From the NCBI GenBank assembly GCA_035500495.1, contig DATJXC010000015.1, positions 13,439 to 77,438 of the forward strand: 64,000 nucleotides of DNA, given 5' to 3'. Numbering within the stretch: position 1 is the stretch's first letter; the number at the start of each line of letters is the position of its first letter. Positions 1 to 8,693 of the stretch are shown here, in pieces. The position numbers and the translations under genes are program-made. The stretch is from Gemmatimonadales bacterium. Lineage in GTDB: Bacteria > Gemmatimonadota > Gemmatimonadetes > Gemmatimonadales > GWC2-71-9. The notes below the pieces were generated by a model. That model did no database searches. It was not told the DNA's origin and worked only from the letters and a program-made list of their open reading frames with translations.

Positions 1-24
1 GACCGGCTTCGCCACCGGGAGCAC
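1..24 (-). CDS. truB: tRNA pseudouridine(55) synthase TruB, extreme N-terminus only (gene runs off the window)
   Basis: Minus-strand translation of nt 36..1 reads LTDGVLPVAKPV, like the TruB N-terminal G-v-L-x-v-x-K-P motif. It lies directly downstream of rbfA, as in the usual infB-rbfA-truB order. Only ~8-12 codons are visible, and GTG at 24..22 is a guessed start. Confidence 0.3.
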
Positions 25-32
25 GCCGTCGG

Positions 33-389
33 TCAGTCCTCGCTCTCCTTCAGTTCCTTCAAGACCCGGTCGATGCGCTGCGCGTGCTCCAGACCGCGAT
101 CGAGCCGGAAGTGCAGCTCCGGACTGGTGCGCAGCGGCAACTCGCGCGACAGCTGGCTCCGCAAGAACTTGGCGGCGCTGGCGAGCCCTTCCAGGGACCG
201 CTCCTTTTCCGCCTCCTCGCCCATGACGCTCACGCTCACGTTGGCGTGCGACAGGTCGGCCGAGACGTCCACCCCGGTCACCGTGACGAACCCGATTCGC
301 GGATCGCGCACGTTGCTGGTGAGGAACTCGGCGACGGTCTGCCGGATCAGCTCGCCGACACGCTCGGGACGGTGACTGGGACGTCGCAT
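33..389 (-). CDS. rbfA: ribosome-binding factor A
   Basis: 118-aa ORF. It begins RPERVGELIRQ..., followed by DPR-GFVTVTGV-VS-DL-HA-V-VSV, typical of RbfA. It occupies the conserved position after infB. Confidence 0.9.
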   Translation of the reverse strand: MRRPSHRPERVGELIRQTVAEFLTSNVRDPRIGFVTVTGVDVSADLSHANVSVSVMGEEAEKERSLEGLASAAKFLRSQLSRELPLRTSPELHFRLDRGLEHAQRIDRVLKELKESED

Positions 390-392
390 GGG

Positions 393-674
393 TTACAGGT
401 AGCTCGTACTCGTGTCTACGATCCGTGCGCCCGGTGCGCCTTCCACCAGCCGGTCGGCCTCGCGCAAGACTTCCTCGGCGTGACGGCGGTCGGTGCTGAC
501 CACGCACGCGGACAGCTCGGCGCGCTGCCAGAGGTCATGATGCCCGGTCTCCGCGGCCGAAACGTTGAAGCGCTGATGCAGCCGGTCCTTCAAGCTCTTG
601 AGCACGTGACGCTTGTCCTTCAGGGAGTGGCACGCGGCGAGGTGCAGCTCCCAGGTGATCAACCCCACGATCAT
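393..674 (-). CDS. DUF503 (YlxP-like) protein
   Basis: 93-aa ORF wedged between infB and rbfA, the usual slot for YlxP/DUF503. The sequence GLITWELHL..CHSLKDKRHVLKSLKDRL fits that family. Confidence 0.75.
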   Translation of the reverse strand: MIVGLITWELHLAACHSLKDKRHVLKSLKDRLHQRFNVSAAETGHHDLWQRAELSACVVSTDRRHAEEVLREADRLVEGAPGARIVDTSTSYL

Positions 675-675
675 C

Positions 676-3312
676 TCAGGCGCCCCGTGCCGCGCCTCCC
701 GGCGCGAGGGAGCGGGCGATCTCCTCGATCTTGTACGACTCGATCAGGTCCCCGACCTTCAAGTCGTTGTAATTCTCCACGCCGATCCCGCACTCGAATC
801 CTTCGCGGACCTCGCGGACGTCGTCCTTGAACCGCTTGAGCGAGGACAGGGACCCGTCGTAGACCTCGACGCCGTTGCGGATCACCCGCACCTTCCCGGT
901 GCGCGGGATAATGCCGCTCCGCACGAAGCTGCCCCCGATGGTTCCCACCTTGGCGATCTTGAAGATTTGCCGGACTTCCGCCTCGCCGAGCACGACTTCC
1001 TTCTCTTCGGGCTTGAGCAGGCCTTCCATGGCCGCCTTCACCTCGTCCACCGCCTCGTAGATGATGCGGTAGGTCCGGATCTCGACATGCTCGCGCTCCG
1101 CCGAGGCCCGCGCATTCGAATCGGGGCGGACGTGGAAGCCGATGATGATCGCCCCCGACGCTTTGCCGAGCAGCACGTCCGAGTCGGTGATCGCCCCGAC
1201 TCCCCGGTGCACCACTTCCACGCGGACCTCTGGAGTCGACAACTGCCCCAGCGCGTCGGCCAGCGCCTCGGCCGGCCCGCCCTGGTCCGCCTTGATGATC
1301 ACTCGCAGGGTGGCGACCCCGCTCGCCGCCCGCTCCGCCATGAAGTCCTCGAGCGTTTTCACCCGACCCGAGCGGCGCATCTGCGCCTCGCGTTCCAACC
1401 GCTGGCGCTTCTGAGCGATATCGCGGGCCTGCGCGGGGTCAGAGACCGCGGTGAAGTGATCACCCGCTTCCGGGACGCCCTCGAATCCGAGGATCTGCAC
1501 TGGAATGGACGGGCCCGCAGCCGCCACGGTCGCCCCCCGCTCGTCGAACATGGCGCGCACGCGGCCCGAGTACATCCCGCAGATGAAATCGTCGCCGACG
1601 TGCAACGTGCCGTTCTGCACCAGAATCGTCGCCACCGGACCCTTGCCGGGATCGAGGGTGGCTTCGAGCACGGCGCCCTGCGCGATGCGATCCGGGTTCG
1701 CCTTGAGATCGAGGAGCTCCGCCTGGAGCAGGATCTGGTCGAGCAGCGCTTCGACGTTCGTCCCCTTCTTGGCGGAGATCGGGGTGGCGAGTACCGTGCC
1801 CCCGAAGTCCTCGAGCACCACCCCCTGCGCCAGCAGATCCTGCTTCACCTTCTGCACGTTGGCGGTGGGCAGATCGATCTTGTTGATGGCGACGATGAGC
1901 GGGACGCCCGCGTTCTTGGCATGGGAGATCGCCTCGACCGTCTGCGGCATGATGGCATCGTCCGCCGCGACGACGAGCACGACAAGATCGGTGACCTGAG
2001 CCCCGCGCGCCCGCATGGCCGTGAAGGCCTCGTGGCCCGGGGTGTCGACGAACGTGATGGCCCGGCCGTCCTTGAGCGACACCGCGTACGCCCCGATGTG
2101 CTGCGTGATCCCGCCGGCTTCCCCGGCGACGACGTTGGCCTTGCGGATGTAGTCAAGCAGCGACGTCTTCCCATGGTCCACGTGGCCCATCACGGTCACG
2201 ATCGGCGGCCGGGGCTTCAGCTGCTCCGGCGTGTCTTCCGCCACCTCGCCCGCCGCGACCTCATACTCCTCTTCGCGCACCGCCTGAAAGTCGAACGCCG
2301 AGGCGATCAGCTCGATCAGGTCGAAGTCGAGACGCTGGTTGATCGTCACCATCTGCCCCAGCTCCTTGAAGGCAAAGGTCACGATCTGGGTGGGCGGCAC
2401 CTTCAGGATGTTGGCGAGCTCGCTGACGGTGATGAACTCCGTCACGCGGACGCGGGTCTTTTCCTTTTCGGCCTCCTCGCGGCGCTGGGCTTCCTGGAGA
2501 TCACGGAAGCTGGGGCCTTCATCGCGCGGCCGGACGCCCTTCTTGGCCACCGGTCCTTTGATGGAAGCAAGCGTGCGCGAAATGTTCTGGGCCACCGCTT
2601 CCTGGTCGACGAGCGACTTCTTGCCCTTCTTGCGCTTCTTGCCCGCCTTGTCGCGGCGTCGCTCTTCCAGCGCGCCGGCGCCGGGAGCGGCCGAGGCGAC
2701 GGGGCGCGGCGGCACGGCGCCCCCCGGGACCCCGCTCGCGACCGGCCGCGGCCGGACCGGCGTGGGAATGAACGGACGCGGGGCCCCCGGAATCACCGGC
2801 GGCGCGGGGGCCGGGGCCGCCTCCAGCACGGCGGCGGCGGTGGTTTCAGCCGCGGGCGCCGGGGAAGGCGGCGGAGGCGGAAGGTCCTTGAACAGCGCCG
2901 CCGCTCGCTCTTCGAGGGATGGCGCGGGTTTCTCCTCTTCGATGGCGCGACTCGCCTCGAGGGCCTGGCGCGCCTTCAATTCGACTTCGGCCTCGCGATC
3001 GGCGACGGCCTGGGCCTCGGCCTCCGCCGCGGCGACTTCGGCCGCCGTGCGCCGCCGCCGTTTGGGCCGAGCCTCCTCGGTCACGGGCGCCGGCTCCACG
3101 GGCTTGGTGGCCCGGCGCCGCTTGGTCGGGGCCGCCGGCTCCTTCTGACGGCGCTTCTCGCGCTCCCAGCGCGCCCGCATCATCGAGACTTGCTCGTCCT
3201 TGAGCGGGGTCAGATGGCTGCGCACGAAGATGTCCATCTCCTTGAGCATGGTCATCACCTGCTCGCTGGAGATGCCGAACTCCGCCGCCAAATCATGAAT
3301 CCGTGTCGCCAC
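676..3312 (-). CDS. infB: translation initiation factor IF-2
   Basis: 878 aa. GTPase motifs GHVDHGKTSLLD, DTPGHEAF and NKID are present. The N-terminal region is Pro/Ala/Arg-rich and low in complexity, and the protein sits in the nusA-infB operon context. Confidence 0.97.
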   Translation of the reverse strand: MATRIHDLAAEFGISSEQVMTMLKEMDIFVRSHLTPLKDEQVSMMRARWEREKRRQKEPAAPTKRRRATKPVEPAPVTEEARPKRRRRTAAEVAAAEAEAQAVADREAEVELKARQALEASRAIEEEKPAPSLEERAAALFKDLPPPPPSPAPAAETTAAAVLEAAPAPAPPVIPGAPRPFIPTPVRPRPVASGVPGGAVPPRPVASAAPGAGALEERRRDKAGKKRKKGKKSLVDQEAVAQNISRTLASIKGPVAKKGVRPRDEGPSFRDLQEAQRREEAEKEKTRVRVTEFITVSELANILKVPPTQIVTFAFKELGQMVTINQRLDFDLIELIASAFDFQAVREEEYEVAAGEVAEDTPEQLKPRPPIVTVMGHVDHGKTSLLDYIRKANVVAGEAGGITQHIGAYAVSLKDGRAITFVDTPGHEAFTAMRARGAQVTDLVVLVVAADDAIMPQTVEAISHAKNAGVPLIVAINKIDLPTANVQKVKQDLLAQGVVLEDFGGTVLATPISAKKGTNVEALLDQILLQAELLDLKANPDRIAQGAVLEATLDPGKGPVATILVQNGTLHVGDDFICGMYSGRVRAMFDERGATVAAAGPSIPVQILGFEGVPEAGDHFTAVSDPAQARDIAQKRQRLEREAQMRRSGRVKTLEDFMAERAASGVATLRVIIKADQGGPAEALADALGQLSTPEVRVEVVHRGVGAITDSDVLLGKASGAIIIGFHVRPDSNARASAEREHVEIRTYRIIYEAVDEVKAAMEGLLKPEEKEVVLGEAEVRQIFKIAKVGTIGGSFVRSGIIPRTGKVRVIRNGVEVYDGSLSSLKRFKDDVREVREGFECGIGVENYNDLKVGDLIESYKIEEIARSLAPGGAARGA

Positions 3313-3627
3313 TTACTCCTCCGAAAGCCGTACCAGACCGCGCGCCAGCGCGGGATCACTCACGCCGACCGCCTGCACCGACGGGCGCCCCAACCCCGCG
3401 CCCATTCGTTCCGCCGAAGGCCCCCGTAGCACGGGGACGCCCCGTGCCGCGGCCAGCCGTCCCACCTTTTCCTGCGTGCGCAGGCTCGCGTCCGCCGCCA
3501 GGACGACACAGGCGAGCCCGCTCCCGACCCCCTCCTGCAACTTCGCCCGTACGCCGGTCACTCCGATGACGACGCGGCGTGCCCTGGCGCCGAGGCCCAG
3601 AAGGCGCAGCCGCGCGTCCTCGTTCAC
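3313..3627 (-). CDS. ylxQ: L7Ae-family RNA-binding protein YlxQ
   Basis: 104 aa between nusA and infB. The pattern LLGLGARARRVVIG...VVLAADAS...K...A..GVPV resembles B. subtilis YlxQ. It has an ATGA-type 4-nt overlap with the nusA stop. Confidence 0.7.
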   Translation of the reverse strand: MNEDARLRLLGLGARARRVVIGVTGVRAKLQEGVGSGLACVVLAADASLRTQEKVGRLAAARGVPVLRGPSAERMGAGLGRPSVQAVGVSDPALARGLVRLSEE

Positions 3628-5000
3628 GCGGCCGGCGGCGCGGGTGGCGCCTCGGGCGCCTCATCTGGTCCGGGCGCCGGCGGCTGTTCCGCGTCGGCCG
3701 CCTCCCCGCCCTCCTCAGTCAGCTCGTTCAGGAACGCCATCAGGCGATCGGCGAGCTCGGGCGTCATTCCTTCGAGCCGCTCCACGTCCTCGCGCTCGAG
3801 ATCGAGGATGTCCTTCAAGGTCTTCCTTCCGTTCTGCTCCAGCACCGCGACGAGCTCCGGCGAGAGGTCCTTCAACTCCCCGAGCGGCACCTTGACCGCC
3901 TGCTCCTCGTCCGGTGGGAGCGGCGCGAACAGCGGACCTTCGCCGCCGCGCTCCAACCACTCACGCGAGGAGTAGAGATCGATCTTCCACCCGGTGAGCT
4001 CCGAGGCGAGACGCACATTCTGCCCGTTGCGTCCGATGGCGAGCGACAGCTGATCCTCGTCCACGATCGCCTGAATGGTGCGGTTGTCGGGATCCGAGAA
4101 CACCTTGGCCACCCGCGCCGGCGCCAAGGCCAGCTTGGCGAAGCGTTCGGGATCGGGCGACCACGGCACGATGTCGATCCGCTCGCCGCCCAGCTCGTTC
4201 ACGACCGCCTGCACCCGCGAGCCTTTGAGCCCCACGCAGGCGCCGACCGGGTCGATCCCGTCGTCGCGCGAGATCACGGCGATCTTGGTGCGGCTCCCCG
4301 CCTCGCGGGCGGTGGCGCGAATGTCGACGATCTGCTGCTGAATCTCCGGCACCTCGAGCTTGAACAGGGCCTTCACGAACAGCGGGTCCGCCCGCGACAG
4401 AATCAGGCGTGGCCCCTTGGGCGTTTCTTCGATGCGCTTCAGCACCGCGCGGATCGTGTCGCCCTGATGAAAGTGCTCCCGGTGGTTCTGCTCGCGGTAC
4501 GGGATGATCGCTTCGGCCTCACGGAACTTGTTCAGCATCACCACGATCTTGCCGCGCTCGATCTGTTGCACTTCGCCGGAGAGCAGCTCGCCGACTTTCC
4601 CGGAGAACTCCTCCCGGATCCGCGTGCGCTCCCCTTCGCGAACCCGTTGGATGATGCGCTGCTTGGCGGCCTGAACGGCGGTCCGTCCGAACTCGGCGAA
4701 CGGCACCTCCTCCTCCAGCACGTCGCCGGGCTGGAACTCGGGATCCTCGAACCGCGCCTCCTCCAGGGAGACCTGGGTGCCCGGATCCTCGACCGCTTCC
4801 ACCACGGTCTTGAGCACGATGATCCGGATCGTCCCCTTGAGCTCGTCGATACCGATCTCGGAGCGCACATTGGGGCCGAAGCGCTTCACCAGCGCCGCGT
4901 GCAGTCCGTCCTTGAGGAGTTCGATCATGCTCCCGCGATCGAGCTGCTTGGTCGAAGTCAGCTCACGAATCGCGGTCACGACATCGGTTGCATTGGCCAT
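3624..5000 (-). CDS. nusA: transcription termination/antitermination factor NusA
   Basis: NusA N-terminal, S1 and KH region (…GDVLEEEVPFAEFGRTAVQAAKQRI…, …RIDIVPWS…). The start is trimmed to ATG 5000 (MANATDVVTAIREL). The 53 upstream codons in the ORF track are Arg/Trp-rich read-through that overlaps rimP. Confidence 0.93.
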   Translation of the reverse strand: MANATDVVTAIRELTSTKQLDRGSMIELLKDGLHAALVKRFGPNVRSEIGIDELKGTIRIIVLKTVVEAVEDPGTQVSLEEARFEDPEFQPGDVLEEEVPFAEFGRTAVQAAKQRIIQRVREGERTRIREEFSGKVGELLSGEVQQIERGKIVVMLNKFREAEAIIPYREQNHREHFHQGDTIRAVLKRIEETPKGPRLILSRADPLFVKALFKLEVPEIQQQIVDIRATAREAGSRTKIAVISRDDGIDPVGACVGLKGSRVQAVVNELGGERIDIVPWSPDPERFAKLALAPARVAKVFSDPDNRTIQAIVDEDQLSLAIGRNGQNVRLASELTGWKIDLYSSREWLERGGEGPLFAPLPPDEEQAVKVPLGELKDLSPELVAVLEQNGRKTLKDILDLEREDVERLEGMTPELADRLMAFLNELTEEGGEAADAEQPPAPGPDEAPEAPPAPPAA

Positions 5001-5016
5001 CAGTCTTTCCCAGTCG

Positions 5017-5505
5017 TTAGTCGTCAGCCGTCGGTCGCCGGTCCCAATCCACAGCCAGTCGAGCGTCCCGGATCTCGGCCAGCGGCACGGAGCGCGGCGC
5101 CCCCCCCTCCGGCTGCAGGACCACCGTCGTCTCGTCCGGCACCGCCACGATGCGGGCACGGATCCGGCCCAACCCTGCCAGCTTCGCGGTCACTTGACAC
5201 CCCACGAACCGCACCCAGTGACGGTGCCACTTGAGCGGGCGCTCCATCCCGGGGCTGGACACCTCGAGGATGTAGCGGGCGCCTCCCCCAAGGGGGTGGT
5301 CGACATCGAGCCAGGCCTCCAGCGCACGGCTCGCCCGGGCACAATCGTCCACGGTTACCCGCCGCACCGGATCACTGGGCGGCCAATCGATGCGCGCTTG
5401 GACGAGCGGCCGGTTCGGTGTGCCACCGAGGCGCAGGTCGGCCAGATCGAACCCCAACTCCGCGAGCCGGGCCCGAAAGGCCTCGATCAGACTGTCGGTG
5501 AGCAT
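5017..5505 (-). CDS. rimP: ribosome maturation factor RimP
   Basis: The motif …YILEVSSPGMERPLK… is the RimP signature, and the gene sits directly upstream of nusA. The start is trimmed to ATG 5505 (MLTDSLIEAFR…). Confidence 0.85.
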   Translation of the reverse strand: MLTDSLIEAFRARLAELGFDLADLRLGGTPNRPLVQARIDWPPSDPVRRVTVDDCARASRALEAWLDVDHPLGGGARYILEVSSPGMERPLKWHRHWVRFVGCQVTAKLAGLGRIRARIVAVPDETTVVLQPEGGAPRSVPLAEIRDARLAVDWDRRPTADD

Positions 5506-5523
5506 AGGAAAAGCCAGCGATAC

Positions 5524-5553
5524 AAAAAAAAGCGCGGGCAGAACTTCGCCCGC
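5524..5553 (-). terminator. intrinsic terminator hairpin (GCGGGC-8 nt loop-GCCCGC followed by T8) after pgeF, in front of rimP
   Basis: The minus strand reads GCGGGCgaagttctGCCCGCgcTTTTTTTT. This is the most AT-rich spot in this part of the window. It lies 40 nt downstream of the pgeF stop and 18 nt upstream of the rimP ATG. Confidence 0.7.
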
Positions 5554-5563
5554 TTCGGAACTG

Positions 5564-5592
5564 AATGTACCCCAGGTAGTTGGAGGGGGCAA
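5564..5592 (-). promoter_or_regulatory. candidate sigma70-type promoter of the rimP-nusA-infB operon (TTGCCC-17 nt-TACATT)
   Basis: The minus strand has TTGCCC (5592..5587), a 17-nt spacer and TACATT (5569..5564). It sits between the pgeF stop and the hairpin at 5553..5534. This is a hexamer match by eye only. Confidence 0.35.
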
Positions 5593-5594
5593 GC

Positions 5595-6374
5595 CTACTT
5601 GGGGCGCCCCAGAAAGGCCACCATGCGCCCGTCCCGGCCTTTGGAGGCTCGGTGAGAGTAGAAGAGGTCTCGGTGGTGGGCCGAGCAATGTGGAGACAGG
5701 GAGACCGCCGCGATCCCGAGCTCAGCCGCCTGACGGGCCAGAACGGCTCGCAAATCGACATGAGTCGCCCCGTTCCCAGCCTCACCGGTCAGGCGGGCGC
5801 TGACTTCAGAACCTACTTCATAGCACGTGCCGCAAATGCCTACGCCACAATGCATTACAAGCTCATCTGGTCGGACAAGCGCGTGCTGCGTGAGCGCGTG
5901 AACTCCCCGCGCGAGGATGCGGTCAGCGGTGCCCCGCCACCCGGCGTGGAGCAGCGCCACGGCGCCACTGCCGGGCGCGGCGAGATAGACCGGGATGCAG
6001 TCGGCAACAGTGACCGTCAGGAGTAGCCCCTTGCGGTCGGTGGCGTGGCCGTCCACTTCCCCGACCTGGAGCCATCCCTCCACCCCGCGGTCATACCACC
6101 GCACGGTGGTCCCGTGGCATTGGTAGCCCGTGACGACCCCGGGGAAACGGCCCGCGAAGGCCCCTCGGAATGCCCGCCAGCGGGCCGATACGTTGCCCGC
6201 CGGCTCCTCGCTCGACAGACCCAGGTTGAAACCGTTTTCCCGGGTCGTGATTCCCGCCACGAGGCCGTACCTGGTCGCCCATTCGGTCAATTCCAAGCGT
6301 GGGGCAGCCGCGTCGCCGACTGAGATTTCGGAGAGGTCGGCGGTGTGGGTCGCGGTCGCTTTCGAAGCAACCAC
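5595..6374 (-). CDS. pgeF: peptidoglycan editing factor PgeF / YfiH (DUF152) family protein
   Basis: 259 aa with the YfiH hallmarks …VADCIPV…, …LHAGWRG…, …C.VGICGTCYEVG… and …FYSHR…GR…. The GTG start overlaps the murA stop by 1 nt. Confidence 0.85.
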   Translation of the reverse strand: MVASKATATHTADLSEISVGDAAAPRLELTEWATRYGLVAGITTRENGFNLGLSSEEPAGNVSARWRAFRGAFAGRFPGVVTGYQCHGTTVRWYDRGVEGWLQVGEVDGHATDRKGLLLTVTVADCIPVYLAAPGSGAVALLHAGWRGTADRILARGVHALTQHALVRPDELVMHCGVGICGTCYEVGSEVSARLTGEAGNGATHVDLRAVLARQAAELGIAAVSLSPHCSAHHRDLFYSHRASKGRDGRMVAFLGRPK

Positions 6375-7669
6375 TAACGACCACCCTCCCCACGCTCGAT
6401 CTGCGCGCCGAGGGCTCGGAGCCGATCATCGATATGCTCGTAGCCCCGCTCGATCTGCCCCACGTTGTGGATGATTGATTCCCCCTGCGCCGCGAGGGCG
6501 GCCAGGAGCACGCCCATCCCTGCCCGGATGTCGGGGCTTTCTACCACCCCTCCATGGAGCGGCGATGGGCCGGCGACGACCGCTCGGTGCGGATCGCACA
6601 GCACGATCCGCGCCCCCATCCCGATCAGCTTGTCGACGAAGAACAGTCGCGACTCGAACATCTTCTCGAAGACGAGCAGCAATCCCTCGCACTGTGTCGC
6701 GACGACGAGAGCGATGGAGATCAGGTCCGCGGGAAAAGCCGGCCAGGGTCCATCCTCCAGCTTGGGAACATGACCGCCGAGATCCGGCCGGATGCGGCGC
6801 TCCTGATGGGGATCGACGATCAGGCGGTCGCCTTCCAGCCTCGGTTTCACGCCGAGCCGCTCGAATCCGAACAGCGTCGCGCGAAGGTCCTCGCCACGAA
6901 CACCCTCGATCGTGATGTCGCCGTTGGTGACCGCCGCGAGGCCGATGAACGACCCGACCTCGATGTGATCGGGGCCGATGCTGAATGGGGCGGTGGGGGC
7001 CGCCAACGGTCCCCCGCCGTGGACGGTCAGGGTGTTGGTCCCGATCCCCTCGATGCCGGCGCCGAGGCTCTGAAGAAACCGCGCCAGATCCTGCACGTGC
7101 GGCTCGCTGGCCGCGTTACGAAGGGTGGTCGTCCCCTTGGCCGCGACCGCGGCCATCAACGCGTTCTCCGTTCCCGTGACGCTCGGCTCGTCGAGGAACA
7201 GATCGGTTCCGGTGAGCTTCTTCCCTTCCACCACGTAGTGGTCACCCACCGTCACGGTGGCGCCGAGACTCTCAAGCGCCAGGAAATGCGTATCGATGCG
7301 GCGGCGGCCGATCACGTCCCCGCCAGGTGGCGGCAGGGCGACGCGTCCGAAGCGCGCCAGCATCGGCCCGGCGAACAGGATCGAGGCCCGGATGCGCGCG
7401 CACAGTGCGGGATCCAGCTCGCGCGCCTGTGCCTCGCGCGTGTCGACGCGGACCGCGTTCTCCCCGGTCCACTCGACGCTCGCGCCGAGGTGAGCGAGCA
7501 GGGCGACCATGGTTTCGACGTCCCGGATGTGAGGGACGTTCTCGAGCTGGCAGGGGCCGTCGGCGAGCAGCGTCGCCGCGAGGATGGGAAGGGCCGCGTT
7601 CTTGTTACCGGCCGGCCGGATCGTGCCCTTCAGCGCGCGCCCGCCCGACACCCGGAACGATGAGGCCAT
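6374..7669 (-). CDS. murA: UDP-N-acetylglucosamine 1-carboxyvinyltransferase
   Basis: 431 aa. The N-terminus G.I.P.GNKNAALPILAATLL and the loop …PPGGDVIGRRRIDTH… match the MurA active-site loop, but with Asp where E. coli has Cys115. Confidence 0.95.
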   Translation of the reverse strand: MASSFRVSGGRALKGTIRPAGNKNAALPILAATLLADGPCQLENVPHIRDVETMVALLAHLGASVEWTGENAVRVDTREAQARELDPALCARIRASILFAGPMLARFGRVALPPPGGDVIGRRRIDTHFLALESLGATVTVGDHYVVEGKKLTGTDLFLDEPSVTGTENALMAAVAAKGTTTLRNAASEPHVQDLARFLQSLGAGIEGIGTNTLTVHGGGPLAAPTAPFSIGPDHIEVGSFIGLAAVTNGDITIEGVRGEDLRATLFGFERLGVKPRLEGDRLIVDPHQERRIRPDLGGHVPKLEDGPWPAFPADLISIALVVATQCEGLLLVFEKMFESRLFFVDKLIGMGARIVLCDPHRAVVAGPSPLHGGVVESPDIRAGMGVLLAALAAQGESIIHNVGQIERGYEHIDDRLRALGAQIERGEGGR

Positions 7670-7673
7670 GTGA

Positions 7674-8693
7674 GTGCCCCAATGCTACGCCGCGGCTTGC
7701 GGGCCCGTCAAGCGCGCGCGATTGTTTGCAGCCGTGATCCACCTGCTGTTGTTCGCTCTGGGAGTGCTCCTCGGCCCGGCCACGGGCATCCTCCACTGGC
7801 CCGACGCGACCGCCGCCGAGCCGTTCATCGCGATCTGTTGTGGCGTCGCCGGTGCGGGGCTCGCGGCACGCCTCGATGCCCGGGCGTTTACCGCGCCCGC
7901 GCTCGCGGCGGGCATGCTCGGCGCTGGCGCCGTGGCGGTGACGGCGGGACTCCTGCTCCGGTTCCAGCCCGCGGTGGCCGCCGATCTGGGTGGCACCGCG
8001 GCGTTCGCGCTGGCGCTCGCCGGCATCGCGGTGGCGCCGCGGAGCGTCCTCGCACCGGCGCTGCTCGCCGCGGCGATCGCCCTCTCTCCCGCCCGACGGC
8101 CGCCGTTCGGGCTGGGGCTCTGGGCGCTCCTGCTCGTGCTCGCCGCCGCCTTGACCGCCCTCGCCTATCGCGCGCTCGCCGCGCGGCCCCCCACGGTCCT
8201 GCCTCCGGCCGCCGCGTTCACGGCCCTGCTCGTCGGCGCGGGGCTCGGAACGGCCACCGGGACGTCCCCGCTCCTCGTTTGCTGGGGCGCGGCCCTGGCG
8301 CTCGGCGCCGCCTCGCCCGGACGCAGCGCGTTGCGAGTCCTCGTCCTCGACGCCGAGCGTGCGACGACCGCGGTGCTGTGGTTCTGCGCCGGGATGATCG
8401 CGAACATGCCCTCCTGGCGGTTCATCCTTGTCGCCCTGGCACTCGCCATGGTGCCGCTGCTCGTCGCCCGAGTCGGGCGGTGGTCAGGGGTGGCGGGGGT
8501 TCGGCCTCCCGAGCCAGTGGCGCTCGCCCTCGCCTGGGCTCTGGCCCTCGTGAACGGGCGCGGCTTGGGCCCCGCCGCCCCGCTCGTCACGACCGCCGCA
8601 TTGGGGCTGCTGAGCTTCCTGGCCGCCCCGGCGCTGGCGTCGTTCGTGGAGAGGTTGACACGGAGACGCGGACCCGTGGAGGTTACGGCATGA
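7674..8693 (+). CDS. hypothetical polytopic membrane protein (Ala/Leu/Gly-rich)
   Basis: 339-aa ORF with very high GC3 in this frame and many hydrophobic helices. The competing +2 frame (7670..) is Arg-rich nonsense over this stretch. The true start may lie further downstream, because 7674 is only 4 nt from the divergent murA start. Confidence 0.5.
   Translation: MPQCYAAACGPVKRARLFAAVIHLLLFALGVLLGPATGILHWPDATAAEPFIAICCGVAGAGLAARLDARAFTAPALAAGMLGAGAVAVTAGLLLRFQPAVAADLGGTAAFALALAGIAVAPRSVLAPALLAAAIALSPARRPPFGLGLWALLLVLAAALTALAYRALAARPPTVLPPAAAFTALLVGAGLGTATGTSPLLVCWGAALALGAASPGRSALRVLVLDAERATTAVLWFCAGMIANMPSWRFILVALALAMVPLLVARVGRWSGVAGVRPPEPVALALAWALALVNGRGLGPAAPLVTTAALGLLSFLAAPALASFVERLTRRRGPVEVTA

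Noticed and set aside
2650-3150. Repetitive-looking GC-rich DNA (also 50400..50650 and 44850..45010) that could be mistaken for tandem or CRISPR-like repeats.
   Set aside because: These are Pro/Ala/Arg-rich low-complexity linkers inside infB, the coiled-coil/zinc-ribbon gene and the HEAT gene. There are no regularly spaced direct repeats with unique spacers.
613-3429. 938-aa ORF on the plus strand, antisense to infB. Similar very long antisense ORFs are at 13367..15382, 22425..25196, 25489..27645, 35301..36797 and 61567..62925.
   Set aside because: Their translations are Arg/Gly/Pro/His-rich with no recognisable motifs. Each lies opposite a gene with unmistakable family signatures. Long open antisense frames are expected at this GC content.
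3313-5000. The absence of ylxR (DUF448) between nusA and ylxQ.
   Set aside because: The nusA stop overlaps the ylxQ start, so the gene is truly absent here. Its presence is variable among phyla, so the absence is not remarkable on its own.
7670-8689. The first ~340 codons of the 493-aa ORF 7670..9151.
   Set aside because: The sequence is Arg-rich nonsense and overlaps a frame (7674..8693) that encodes a plausible GC3-rich membrane protein. Only the part from ATG 8690 onward looks like a real protein.
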